Under the pieces are notes generated by a model that saw only the letters and a list, made by a program, of their open reading frames with translations, was not told the DNA's origin and did no database searches. Position numbers and translations under genes: made by a program. A DNA stretch of 64,000 nt from a virus (Duplodnaviria; Caudoviricetes). The stretch spans positions 96,001 to 160,000 of the IMG/VR virus record IMGVR_UViG_3300014203_000012; one strand, written 5' to 3'. This document shows, piece after piece, positions 18,714 through 28,275 of the stretch (position 1 is the first letter of the stretch; every line of letters starts with the position of its first letter).

Positions 18714-21314
18714 TCAAGATACTATATCGTAGGTTATATCTGGTTCGTTGTTTGTTAGAGTATTTACATTCAGAAATTCAGGCACTGTACTAGATTCGAC
18801 AAACGAATCAATATCTTGTTTATATATGCTTTGTTTGATTGGGCCGTACCCATTCAGGTCTATAAACTTAAAATATACCACCTGCAATCTATATTTTGTG
18901 GTAATATAGGTAATAAGATTTGGCATATGCAAATCTGTTATAGTATTAATATCTTCTAAGTAGTCTTTAATATCTGAATCGATGTCATCCAGAATATAGC
19001 TGTCTTGTGCCATAACAAATTTAACTTCAAATCTGAGAGACATATTTACTTTATTAAGTAAAGATTCATTGTCTATATTGTATAGCAAAGATGGTCCATA
19101 TGTGTTAAAGAACTTAAAGTCAACCCCAAACGAATCTTGTAATAGCACTAAACATGATTCTATCCAAATACGCCTATAATCTACAGCTTTGATAAAAGCT
19201 TTCATTCTATCTTCCGTATTCAAATATGTGTATCTAACTAGAGGCATCTTTTTTATAAAGTAATCGTACGTTGCATCTGCATTCTTCTTAAGAGTAATAT
19301 ACGACGTAACGATATTAGTATAATCATAGTATAAGTCTAGACCAGAATTGAGAATGCCATAGACATTGCATAAACTATATCCATCCAACCCAGGGATAAT
19401 GGAATCTATACCTTTTTCTCTTCCATATTCCTCATCAAATTTACCAAGCATATATAATTTTATATCTATATTAGCGGGTAAGTATGCAATAGTTTCAGTG
19501 TCTGTGTTTATATCTTTCATTCCGTGTTCTATAGCAATTTTATCATTTTTGTCAATGATATCCTTAGTCGCAAATTCTATTTGGAATGTATAAGTAAAGT
19601 CTTTATCATTGTAGTCTATTAGTGTAGCAGTAGTATATCTATAAGCTTCACCATCTAAATATACAATACCAAATACCTTAATATTACATTCTGTTATATT
19701 CCCATTATCATCAGTATTAATTAAACCGAAATCGGTATTAATATTTTGAGTAGTTTCGATAGTTAATTTATAGGTATCTCTATCTGTATAGAATAGTCTC
19801 TTGCATATTATCTCAGTAGCAACAAATTGCAATTGAGACTTAGCATTTATATACTCAAACGTTAATGTTCTAGTATAATCTAAGATATTTAAGTAGTATG
19901 ATACAAAGAATGGGGATTTATTTATCACTGTTAAGAATGGATTCATATATAGGAATCCACTTTTATCATATGCAGCTATCTCAGTCGGTGTTGCGCCAGG
20001 AATACCAACGGTTTTATCTCCGTTATAATACATAATAGCGCCAGGCTGCATTACATAGTTGATAGCATTTATGTTTTGATACATGGATTTACTGATCTCT
20101 ATATCTAAAGTATTTGTAGGAACTATATTACCGTCGGTTTTAAGAAGTAGATATGAATAGTATAGTCGTTCTATTTGATTATGAACCTTTTCTAAGAAGT
20201 ATAAGCGGCAATCTGTTGAGTTTATAGAGTTAAAGTAGTTATTAATATCGCTATATGTCGTAACTACGCCTCTAGATAAAGCCTCCTTAGGAATAGCTTC
20301 TTTTAATTCTTCTATAGTTTTCTTATCTGTACCAGATTCGGAATCGGATATAGGTTTCGTCACTATAAATATATTATCATATGCGTAGGTATCTGATGTG
20401 AGATCTTGTATTACATTGTCAGTATACGAAAAATTACATTCAGATCCGTTAGTAGTATAAACATTTATGGTGACTTCACAATTTGCTCTGGGTTGATAAG
20501 AATCTCTATTAAACTTGATACGTATAGTCTTGGAATCTATATACATGTAATTGCAAAATTCTTTACCGCTAGTATAATCGTATAATCCATCATATACACA
20601 ATTCAAATAGTGAATAGTTCCACCCTCTGCAACCTCAACGTTGAAATACGCCAATTGATCGTCAAAGCTAAAGTTGATAATCTTATTTTCCAATGGATTA
20701 TTTACAATTATTTTCTTATAGATAGTACTATGGTTGATCTGTCTTATATCGGTATTAATCATTATAAGATTAGTGCCACTCATAGTAATATTACCGAGAG
20801 TTGGCAGATATGGATTCACAATATCAGTTATTTCATTACGATCATTAATATCATACATTGCAGTGTATACATAAGTTCCATTAGGAAGAAGACTGCGCTC
20901 TATAATAATATTAAAATCAGTATGATACTCATACTTACCAATTTTAATAGCAAACTCCCGATCAAGAACAAATTTATCATCTTGCATATTGGATAATAGA
21001 TTGGTTTCTGGTATACAAATAAATACATTCATATTTGCTGGTATTGCACGTATTTTATTAATACCAAGCGATAGTGCATGGCATATTACATTACGTTCAA
21101 ATTTGGCTTTTGTAGGTATCGCTTCATTAGAATATTCGGATGCCATAATTGTAGCATTCTCAATTATATTCGAATGAATTTCAGATAAATACCCATAAAT
21201 ACCCATGGTAAGAGTATCTTCTGGTATATCTATAAACTTAGCCTTTATACTATCTACAAAAGTAGCTATCTGATACAAATCAGTAGACGTTGTAGTTGAA
21301 GTTGAATCAGCCAT
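18714..21314 (-). CDS. Baseplate wedge protein (T4 gp6/gpJ-like)
   Basis: 866 aa. NEAIPTKAKFERNVICHA, VYTTNG, and SGTDKKTIEELK...RGVVTTYSD match gp6-type motifs (GG.D.E....IR...R.VT..DY). Confidence 0.7.
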   Translation of the reverse strand: MADSTSTTTSTDLYQIATFVDSIKAKFIDIPEDTLTMGIYGYLSEIHSNIIENATIMASEYSNEAIPTKAKFERNVICHALSLGINKIRAIPANMNVFICIPETNLLSNMQDDKFVLDREFAIKIGKYEYHTDFNIIIERSLLPNGTYVYTAMYDINDRNEITDIVNPYLPTLGNITMSGTNLIMINTDIRQINHSTIYKKIIVNNPLENKIINFSFDDQLAYFNVEVAEGGTIHYLNCVYDGLYDYTSGKEFCNYMYIDSKTIRIKFNRDSYQPRANCEVTINVYTTNGSECNFSYTDNVIQDLTSDTYAYDNIFIVTKPISDSESGTDKKTIEELKEAIPKEALSRGVVTTYSDINNYFNSINSTDCRLYFLEKVHNQIERLYYSYLLLKTDGNIVPTNTLDIEISKSMYQNINAINYVMQPGAIMYYNGDKTVGIPGATPTEIAAYDKSGFLYMNPFLTVINKSPFFVSYYLNILDYTRTLTFEYINAKSQLQFVATEIICKRLFYTDRDTYKLTIETTQNINTDFGLINTDDNGNITECNIKVFGIVYLDGEAYRYTTATLIDYNDKDFTYTFQIEFATKDIIDKNDKIAIEHGMKDINTDTETIAYLPANIDIKLYMLGKFDEEYGREKGIDSIIPGLDGYSLCNVYGILNSGLDLYYDYTNIVTSYITLKKNADATYDYFIKKMPLVRYTYLNTEDRMKAFIKAVDYRRIWIESCLVLLQDSFGVDFKFFNTYGPSLLYNIDNESLLNKVNMSLRFEVKFVMAQDSYILDDIDSDIKDYLEDINTITDLHMPNLITYITTKYRLQVVYFKFIDLNGYGPIKQSIYKQDIDSFVESSTVPEFLNVNTLTNNEPDITYDIVS

Positions 21315-21321
21315 TTAAATA

Positions 21322-22329
21322 TCACACCTTCCATTTAAGTTTATATTGTTTATATTTACTAAGACTACTAGTATCTAAAGATATGAATGGCACTAATACA
21401 TTTTCTCCACTAATTGCATTAATAGATGGATCATATATGCTTATTTCAGTACCAGAATTACTAGATATACTAGCTAAGTAATTGAAATCTGATATAGTAT
21501 TAGGATGCATATCATCCTGAAATGTACATTTAAATTGTACTGTAAATTTGAGATGTCCATCTGCAGATAAATCAGAAAAGGCTTCTCTCGGAACTGTTTT
21601 TGGATAGCACCCAAACATTTGAGCCCAATGTATTATAGTCTCTCCATCTTCTCCTACTATAAACTTATATAAAGTCATTTGGTCGTGTAAAACTTTCTTT
21701 TTACGATATAATTCACTAGGAGGTGTAACCTTACCAATATATTTTTTCTTACTATACTCATCAAATGCTTTAAACCAAAGATACACGTCTAAATACTTAG
21801 TATCTTCAAATTCTATTGAGAACTCTGCTTCTTCATCAGAATGATCTGAAGCTTTTCTATAGAACAGTTTTGTTCCATAAAGATTAGACGCTGTCTCAAC
21901 GTCCTCCACACTAATAGAAGATAGATCTAAATTAGACGTTTTCTGGTTACTCAATATTCTAACAAATGGGGTAGATCCATCTGCACTATATTGTAGATCT
22001 CTTAAGACGGTATTGTTATACCCTCTACGTGCTAAATCATAGAAGAAAGGCACATTAGCTAATTCTTTATTAAGTGTGCATATATCACCATTATTAAATA
22101 TATGCAAATCTGGTTTTGTGAAGAATACGTACTCTCTAGTACTAGATACCATACTATATGGGTCTAATCTAGGAAACCTATAGAATACATTAAATCGGTC
22201 TAGTTCTCCTCTGGTATATATTCCATTAGATCTTATAAACTTTTTGTATTCATCGCTAGATGTTGTCAGCAATGAATTAAATGCCTCATTATTAACTGAT
22301 GATGTTTTTGTTTGAAATTCATCTGCCAC
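21322..22329 (-). CDS. Tail-tube-like baseplate protein (gp19/gp54-like fold)
   Basis: FSIEFEDT...WF...FGCYPKTV...FTVQF pattern. GTG start with GAGGGG RBS. Confidence 0.55.
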   Translation of the reverse strand: MADEFQTKTSSVNNEAFNSLLTTSSDEYKKFIRSNGIYTRGELDRFNVFYRFPRLDPYSMVSSTREYVFFTKPDLHIFNNGDICTLNKELANVPFFYDLARRGYNNTVLRDLQYSADGSTPFVRILSNQKTSNLDLSSISVEDVETASNLYGTKLFYRKASDHSDEEAEFSIEFEDTKYLDVYLWFKAFDEYSKKKYIGKVTPPSELYRKKKVLHDQMTLYKFIVGEDGETIIHWAQMFGCYPKTVPREAFSDLSADGHLKFTVQFKCTFQDDMHPNTISDFNYLASISSNSGTEISIYDPSINAISGENVLVPFISLDTSSLSKYKQYKLKWKV

Positions 22330-22355
22330 GTTAAATCCCCTCCGTTCCTTTGGTT

Positions 22356-22367
22356 TAATCTGATGTT
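22356..22367 (-). promoter_or_regulatory. Late-type promoter AACA-N6-TA
   Basis: Minus-strand AACATCAGATTA. Confidence 0.6.
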
Positions 22368-22398
22368 GTCATATATAGTTTTAGCCTAAAATTTATTA

Positions 22399-22420
22399 CA
22401 CTTATATATTATATAGGTGA
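22399..22420 (+). promoter_or_regulatory. Early-type promoter
   Basis: CACTTATATATTATATAGGTGA. Confidence 0.65.
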
Positions 22421-22553
22421 CAACAAAATAAAAAAGGTTTACACATTACAGTTTGTGTAATTGTGTAGGCATCAATTAATATATTATTTCCCCCATGACA
22501 CGATGAAGTTTATGCGAAAGTGTAAAAAAATAAAAATTTGGGGGTATTATTAT

Positions 22554-22814
22554 ATGATGAATTGGGGAGATCCTTACGAGTCTGTTATTAATCAACAAAT
22601 CAGTAGACAAATGAGGGAAGATGACTTATGCGAATCTCAAGTTCAATTGAATCGTAAATTAACATCATCTTTGGAATTATGTACTGAGAGAGATAACAAG
22701 ACTGTAATCCACAACCATTTTAACATAATTATCAATGTTGCTCCGAATACGACTGACGACAAAATAACTTCTATCGTACAACAGCTAATTTGTATAGTTG
22801 ATAGAGTTAATTGA
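22554..22814 (+). CDS. Small hypothetical early protein
   Basis: GGGGG RBS before ATG 22554. Confidence 0.55.
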   Translation: MMNWGDPYESVINQQISRQMREDDLCESQVQLNRKLTSSLELCTERDNKTVIHNHFNIIINVAPNTTDDKITSIVQQLICIVDRVN

Positions 22815-22907
22815 TCTAATCTGTATTTAATTGCACTCATTGTAATTTGTATAACCTTTTTATTTTTTGGACATATGAGTAAAATATACATAGGAGGTAT
22901 AATCGGT

Positions 22908-24164
22908 ATGGATAATAGTGCAACACATATTCACGAGACTGTAATTAGAGACATAGTTTCTGTGATAAGTGATATCTCTTCAGAAACTGAATTGGCTGGT
23001 ATGTTTAGTGGTACTAGCTTCAGGAGCATAGCAAAAGGTTCTTCTAATTTAACTCTTGTATTCCCTGTTATAGCTACAGAAAATACACCAATAGACTCGT
23101 CTAGAATGATCTGCCGAGCAATTGAAAGGAAAGCTGTAGCTATGTTACAAATGCTCTTTTCTGCAATTTGCATTTCAGACAAGAAAAATGCCATGGAACA
23201 TATAAAACAGTTCCATAACAATATCGATATGGGTGATGATTTAACAGTAGACGAATTTATCGGTATAGTAGATAAGATGGCAACTCAAGAATCCTCTGGT
23301 ATCGATATCATAAACAAAGGAAAATATGATATGGTTATGGAAGACTTAAAAAACAATACAACTAAATTCTTAGATGAAAGTGTAAACCCAAGAAGCATAA
23401 ATGAATATCAGGTTGACACTAGCAGAGCAGAAGGTATTATTGTTGAAGCCACTCCAACTGCACCAGAAGATAGATTAAAAACTGCGGTTGGGATTGCAAA
23501 AGATCAAGTATTTTCAACCGATATTAAGAAGGCTAATGAATTAGTCCCATCAATGATGGTCATTAATTTTATTAGATCTAATGACGCAGGGCAATCTATC
23601 CCTACTACTGCAGTTATTGGTGTTAAAGCTAAGCTACAGTACGTATCTTCAACTGATATGATTAATCGTATCGTTATAAAAAATAAAGATAAGAATGGGT
23701 TATTCAATCTCTTAAAAGCAACTACTAGAGAGATCTCTTTTTGGAAGGATTTTGTTTTTGCTGTTGATAGTGCTAAATTAGATGCACTATCTACATCAGG
23801 TCGTGGCTCTTCCTCTAAGATTTGGAAATTACTTGAACGTAGAGGCATTAAAAGTAGAATACGCAGAGTCACTGGTACAACCAATGATGCTAGTGCTATC
23901 AGTACTTTAATATTAGCTAAAGAAGAAGCGGAAACTCTTAAAAAAGAGTATAACGTTGACGTTAGCCGTCCAGGTGTTGCTGGTAATATAATGGAAGCAT
24001 ATAACCTTATGGGGTTTGTTATTAACGATCAAGTATTGGAAAAGGTCGACTTCTTATTTGATGATGGCTCTAACGAATATGAAATTATTTCGTTTACCCA
24101 CCTTGAGAGAGAAGAAAGCGGAAACTATAAAAAGGTAATTAACCTTTTAGCTAAATCAAGATAA
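22908..24164 (+). CDS. Putative virion (head) protein
   Basis: AGGAGG RBS before ATG 22908, GACA-N6-TA at 22870-22881, and IHE/LDE/IVE putative processing sites. Confidence 0.6.
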   Translation: MDNSATHIHETVIRDIVSVISDISSETELAGMFSGTSFRSIAKGSSNLTLVFPVIATENTPIDSSRMICRAIERKAVAMLQMLFSAICISDKKNAMEHIKQFHNNIDMGDDLTVDEFIGIVDKMATQESSGIDIINKGKYDMVMEDLKNNTTKFLDESVNPRSINEYQVDTSRAEGIIVEATPTAPEDRLKTAVGIAKDQVFSTDIKKANELVPSMMVINFIRSNDAGQSIPTTAVIGVKAKLQYVSSTDMINRIVIKNKDKNGLFNLLKATTREISFWKDFVFAVDSAKLDALSTSGRGSSSKIWKLLERRGIKSRIRRVTGTTNDASAISTLILAKEEAETLKKEYNVDVSRPGVAGNIMEAYNLMGFVINDQVLEKVDFLFDDGSNEYEIISFTHLEREESGNYKKVINLLAKSR

Positions 24165-24177
24165 GGAGGAAACCAAA

Positions 24178-25185
24178 TTGAAAAGTTATTTCAGAGCAGC
24201 AGTAAATGAACATATGGACATAACTGACCAAAAAACAAGAAGTACAGTCCTCTCTATTAATGAGCAGGATCAAGATACTGTGTTATTGTCTTTAACCGGA
24301 AAACTATATGAAATGATTGTTGAAAAAGTAGACGATATAGATTTTGGAGATATTCCTGATACTAAAGGGGATATTACTCAATTGCCAGCATATACTAAAA
24401 TCACTTCTAGTATTGATACTCTTACCGCTATACTAGAGCAGTATAAACAACCTACCGATACAATAGATACTATCCAAAATGCGTTATCTAATTTGGTAAA
24501 TCATAAAGAGTTATTTAAAAGAGGGTACGCAGCTAATATTGAAATCATTATGGTTACTTATAGTGAAATGGCTTTAGGCATAGTTAATAGTATTTCATAT
24601 ATGATCGCAGCTACAATTGAATTCATTAAAAATCCTAGTGATGAAGGATTTAAGATCTCTTTAGATAAAACTGGGCTAGCCAGAACAAAAGATTCTTTGA
24701 TCTATTCTAATCTAGGCAGATTTAATGAAGCCTGCAAACAGAACCAGTTAGAAAACGCATTTGAGCCTCTTATCAAGGCACGAGTAAAGAATTTCACTGG
24801 AATTGAAATTGGTGTTGTTGCCGGTGGTATTGCCATTGCTGGTATACTACTTAACATCCTTCCAATCTTACGCGAAATGACTTTCTTTTTTTATTCAACT
24901 CGTACAAGAATAAGTCAATACTTCGATCTTCAGGCAGATTTACTTGAGATGAACTCTAATGCTATTCGTATGAATGAAATAGATACATTAGATGAAAAAA
25001 ATAAAGTTGCCAAACGTCAAGCTTCTATAGCTGGTGCTTTCCGTACATTATCAAACAAAATTTGTATAAATAATGTTGCTGCGGAAAAAGACACACCAAA
25101 ATCTATGAAATCAGAAGATAAAAAAATGAAGATTGATGATATTGTTGATTCTTTACCGGATTCAGCGGCACAATCATTATTCTAA
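24178..25185 (+). CDS. Putative virion protein with one hydrophobic segment
   Basis: AGGAGG RBS, TTG start, segment GIEIGVVAGGIAIAGILLNILPIL. Confidence 0.6.
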   Translation: MKSYFRAAVNEHMDITDQKTRSTVLSINEQDQDTVLLSLTGKLYEMIVEKVDDIDFGDIPDTKGDITQLPAYTKITSSIDTLTAILEQYKQPTDTIDTIQNALSNLVNHKELFKRGYAANIEIIMVTYSEMALGIVNSISYMIAATIEFIKNPSDEGFKISLDKTGLARTKDSLIYSNLGRFNEACKQNQLENAFEPLIKARVKNFTGIEIGVVAGGIAIAGILLNILPILREMTFFFYSTRTRISQYFDLQADLLEMNSNAIRMNEIDTLDEKNKVAKRQASIAGAFRTLSNKICINNVAAEKDTPKSMKSEDKKMKIDDIVDSLPDSAAQSLF

Positions 25186-25201
25186 GAAAGGAGTGATATA
25201 A

Positions 25202-26164
25202 GTGTTTACAGTTGATAAGATAATGACTCATGGACAGTTTGCTCAAGAAATGTTAGAGCAAATGAATTCAGAAGTTTCACCATATAATGCTAAGTCATAT
25301 AATGAACATTTAAAAACTATGGAAAATAAAAAGAACCGCAATGAAACTGACTTTATGTATGAAGGTGTTGAAAAGGTAGCTAATGCTAAAATGAGAATGT
25401 CTAAGTTCTCTGAAGCTCTATCTGCTCATCTTCTAAAAGAATGTTTCTGTGTGGTATTTGATAAGATCATGGAAGCTGAAAGGTGCACTCAGCATGAACA
25501 ATCAATTGGTCGTTCTATGATTTCCAAACTTATTAAAGAAGAAGGCACGTCAGCACTTTTAACGAGATTTGAAAATAAAAGCATGATACTTTCTGAGTTT
25601 GCTAGGTATACTGAAAAGTATCATAGGCTTGCAATGGAATCAGTAGCGACTAAAACTATTGCCGCTCCTGAAGACGATACATGTTATGTCTTAGATAAAG
25701 AAATTGCTGAGAAATTCATGGATGATGTAAAAGACTTAGTTCCAGATAAAACTATAGATCTCATCAGAGATAGAGTCGAAGATGCAATGCAAGAATTTAT
25801 TGATCAAAACACTGAAAATAAAATTGCTATTAAGGATATATACCTTAACGCAAAAATGTCAGTAGAGAAAGCTTCTAGCGATGCAGTGAAAGAAGAATTT
25901 ACTTCTAGAGCTAAGGGGTTAGCTGCTAGGGTTTATGAGAAACCTACTAAAGTATTTGGGGCTATGGTTACTGCTGTTGGGGAGGCTGTTATGAAAACAG
26001 ACGCTCTTAAAGCTGAGTATGTGGACGGTAGTAAACTAAAACTAGAGCATTTATGCAATGATGTAAGAGTTATGTATACTGTGCTTGAAATGGCTAACAC
26101 TTTAAATGTAGTAAACGTAGACTCTACTTACATTAAACAAGCCATCACTGATCTAAAAGGATAA
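25202..26164 (+). CDS. Putative virion protein
   Basis: Same operon, helical, with MYE/VKE sites. Confidence 0.6.
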   Translation: MFTVDKIMTHGQFAQEMLEQMNSEVSPYNAKSYNEHLKTMENKKNRNETDFMYEGVEKVANAKMRMSKFSEALSAHLLKECFCVVFDKIMEAERCTQHEQSIGRSMISKLIKEEGTSALLTRFENKSMILSEFARYTEKYHRLAMESVATKTIAAPEDDTCYVLDKEIAEKFMDDVKDLVPDKTIDLIRDRVEDAMQEFIDQNTENKIAIKDIYLNAKMSVEKASSDAVKEEFTSRAKGLAARVYEKPTKVFGAMVTAVGEAVMKTDALKAEYVDGSKLKLEHLCNDVRVMYTVLEMANTLNVVNVDSTYIKQAITDLKG

Positions 26165-26165
26165 A

Positions 26166-26204
26166 AAATAAACCCCATACACATAATGTGTATGGGGTTT
26201 ATTT
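26166..26204. terminator. Bidirectional terminator
   Basis: AAATAAACCCCATACACA-taa-TGTGTATGGGGTTTATTT. Confidence 0.85.
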
Positions 26205-26209
26205 ATTTT

Positions 26210-26363
26210 TTATTTATGCTTAATACTGGTTAATGGATTAATATTTTTTAATCCGCATTTAGGACATTCGCTATCACACATAGATTCCCAATCTTCTGAC
26301 CATACTGTGTTACAATCAGGGCAATCATAATTATTTGTGTAGTTCCCTTAAAGTCTTTTTCAT
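26210..26363 (-). pseudogene. Frameshifted small zinc-ribbon gene
   Basis: AGGAGG plus ATG gives MKKTLRELHK*. The +1 frame continues NYTNNYDCPDCNTVWSEDWESMCDSECPKCGLKNINPLTSIKHK*. Confidence 0.6.
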
Positions 26364-26365
26364 TT

Positions 26366-26968
26366 CTATTCTGACCTCCTAATATTATTCGTTATATCCA
26401 ATGGTGGATATTGCGGGTTCATCAGAGCAGATAGCAGATTAAATCCAAAAGGCGCGGGACAATTCCTAATTGCACTTTCAGTTAGTTTATCAAATTCAAG
26501 TATTGACGTTTCACGCAATTTAGATAGTTGTGGGATAAATGCAATGATAGAACGAAGCATTTTAGCGTCTTCCTTTTTAATAGTATTCCCATGCATAACA
26601 ATTATCGATTGAACTAAATCATTTAAGTTTAAGCAAATATCTGCAATAACGTCACTCTTAAATTTCTCAGGTTCTAATATACTAAATGTTTCCCCACAAA
26701 TGGCGCATGTATGTGAGCCATCTGTATTTTGCTTAAGAGATATATTACCATTTTCGCATCTATGTGTGCAATCTTTTTTCTCTTCCATATCACATCCAAT
26801 TTCATTGGTAGGTATACCTTGAAATTTTACAACGTCTGCCTTTATATTATAACTCCCCAAACGTTGTAAAATCTCTTTGTTAAATGGCATAAGACTTACC
26901 AAATTAGATGCCAAGTCTATATCCTTATTCTCTACAGTTATCTCGATATTAATATTGATCTTCTTCAT
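26366..26968 (-). CDS. Early protein with a zinc-finger motif
   Basis: AGGAGG before ATG 26968, CTH...CAIC, early promoter upstream. Confidence 0.65.
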   Translation of the reverse strand: MKKININIEITVENKDIDLASNLVSLMPFNKEILQRLGSYNIKADVVKFQGIPTNEIGCDMEEKKDCTHRCENGNISLKQNTDGSHTCAICGETFSILEPEKFKSDVIADICLNLNDLVQSIIVMHGNTIKKEDAKMLRSIIAFIPQLSKLRETSILEFDKLTESAIRNCPAPFGFNLLSALMNPQYPPLDITNNIRRSE

Positions 26969-27004
26969 TATATATTCCTCCTTAAGATGCAATTTTATTA
27001 TTGC

Positions 27005-27026
27005 TCATCTATATAATATATAACTC
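27005..27026 (-). promoter_or_regulatory. Early-type promoter
   Basis: Minus-strand GAGTTATATATTATATAGATGA. Confidence 0.7.
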
Positions 27027-27043
27027 AAAAGATATAACTTAGC

Positions 27044-27078
27044 ATATCCCCGTAATACATAATGTATTACGGGGATAT
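27044..27078 (-). terminator. Terminator hairpin
   Basis: ATATCCCCGTAATACA-taa-TGTATTACGGGGATAT. Confidence 0.8.
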
Positions 27079-27080
27079 AT

Positions 27081-27488
27081 TTATAATGTAATGATTACAG
27101 TATTCTCGCCAATACGAGAAATATAATAGAATAAGTTCTCTGGAAGGCTATAGAATTTCAATACTTCTTCCATGCTCATGTGGGAATAAATATCAGTCTT
27201 ATACCGATCAAAGAATTTTTTCATTGCTGCATCGATAGCTTCATAAAATACAATTGAGTTGTATCTATCACCTTCAAACTTTTTCATGAATGCCTTACGG
27301 AATTGAATTTGAATAGATTTGTTAACATAATCAATGCTATAGCTAGAGATATAGCTAGAGATATTGCCTTTTTCATTTCTAATGATCTCCAGTAATGTGT
27401 CCAATTTATCAGTACTATAAAATTGGCTTTTACATAATTTCTGTCTTACGTCACCTGCGAATGTAATAATTTCATCTTGTTGTCTCAT
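27081..27488 (-). CDS. Hypothetical protein
   Basis: 135 aa, AGGAG RBS. Confidence 0.7.
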   Translation of the reverse strand: MRQQDEIITFAGDVRQKLCKSQFYSTDKLDTLLEIIRNEKGNISSYISSYSIDYVNKSIQIQFRKAFMKKFEGDRYNSIVFYEAIDAAMKKFFDRYKTDIYSHMSMEEVLKFYSLPENLFYYISRIGENTVIITL

Positions 27489-27505
27489 TTTAATTTCTCC
27501 TATTC

Positions 27506-28210
27506 CTATTTAAAATATTTAACTTCTCCGTCATATCGTTTTGATATTGTTTTGAATTGATGCCTATTAAATAACATATTTAGATACCGTAGTCGTATTT
27601 CCACTCTCGGTAAAACCGAATAATGTTTCTCTACAGTTCCTTTTATAACTAAAGCATCATCTAGCCAGATATTACTATTGGACATATCGCTATATTTCTT
27701 TCCTATATTGTCCCAGTCTGGTTTATACAAATGTCGATCCATACCTATTTCTGCTAAATAGGTTTCTACCGCATTATAATAACTTGGAGTTTTAAAAAAT
27801 GTAGTATATAATATATCGCACGGGGTATATATTATAGAATTTAAATTAACGAAATCTTGTTCAGTTAGAAGCCTATCCATAAACCTATTATCTTCTGCAC
27901 CATTTATAGAATACACATGGACAAAACTAGGATTAGATAATGCTGCATTTGCTAGATTATTTCTATTTATAAGTCTGAATCTAGGTCTAGGTGATCCTTC
28001 TGGTATTTCATAAAGTACTATAAATATTTCAGTATAGTATAATTCATTAAGCATTCTTTCATGTTTATCGATTATTTCATCGGCTTTCTTATCAGTTATT
28101 TTTAATTTATCATATAACCAATTTAATCTCTGGAGATAATCCTTTGGAATGTCTCCATATTTGTTTTCATACTCTAAAGCTTTTATTTCTCTTTTTTTAT
28201 TAGTTGTCAT
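27506..28210 (-). CDS. rusA: RusA-like Holliday junction resolvase
   Basis: SPRPRF, KPDWDNIGKKYSD and WLDDALV match the RusA KPD.DN..K...D and DD..V motifs. Confidence 0.8.
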   Translation of the reverse strand: MTTNKKREIKALEYENKYGDIPKDYLQRLNWLYDKLKITDKKADEIIDKHERMLNELYYTEIFIVLYEIPEGSPRPRFRLINRNNLANAALSNPSFVHVYSINGAEDNRFMDRLLTEQDFVNLNSIIYTPCDILYTTFFKTPSYYNAVETYLAEIGMDRHLYKPDWDNIGKKYSDMSNSNIWLDDALVIKGTVEKHYSVLPRVEIRLRYLNMLFNRHQFKTISKRYDGEVKYFK

Positions 28211-28227
28211 TTTAACACCGCCAATTT

Positions 28228-28262
28228 ATAAAGCTAAAGCCGTCTATTGGCTTTAGCTTTAT
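28228..28262 (-). terminator. Terminator hairpin overlapping a late promoter variant
   Basis: ATAAAGCTAAAGCC-gtctatt-GGCTTTAGCTTTAT, with minus-strand TACA-N6-TA at 28254-28265. Confidence 0.7.
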
Positions 28263-28275
28263 GTAATTGAACGCA

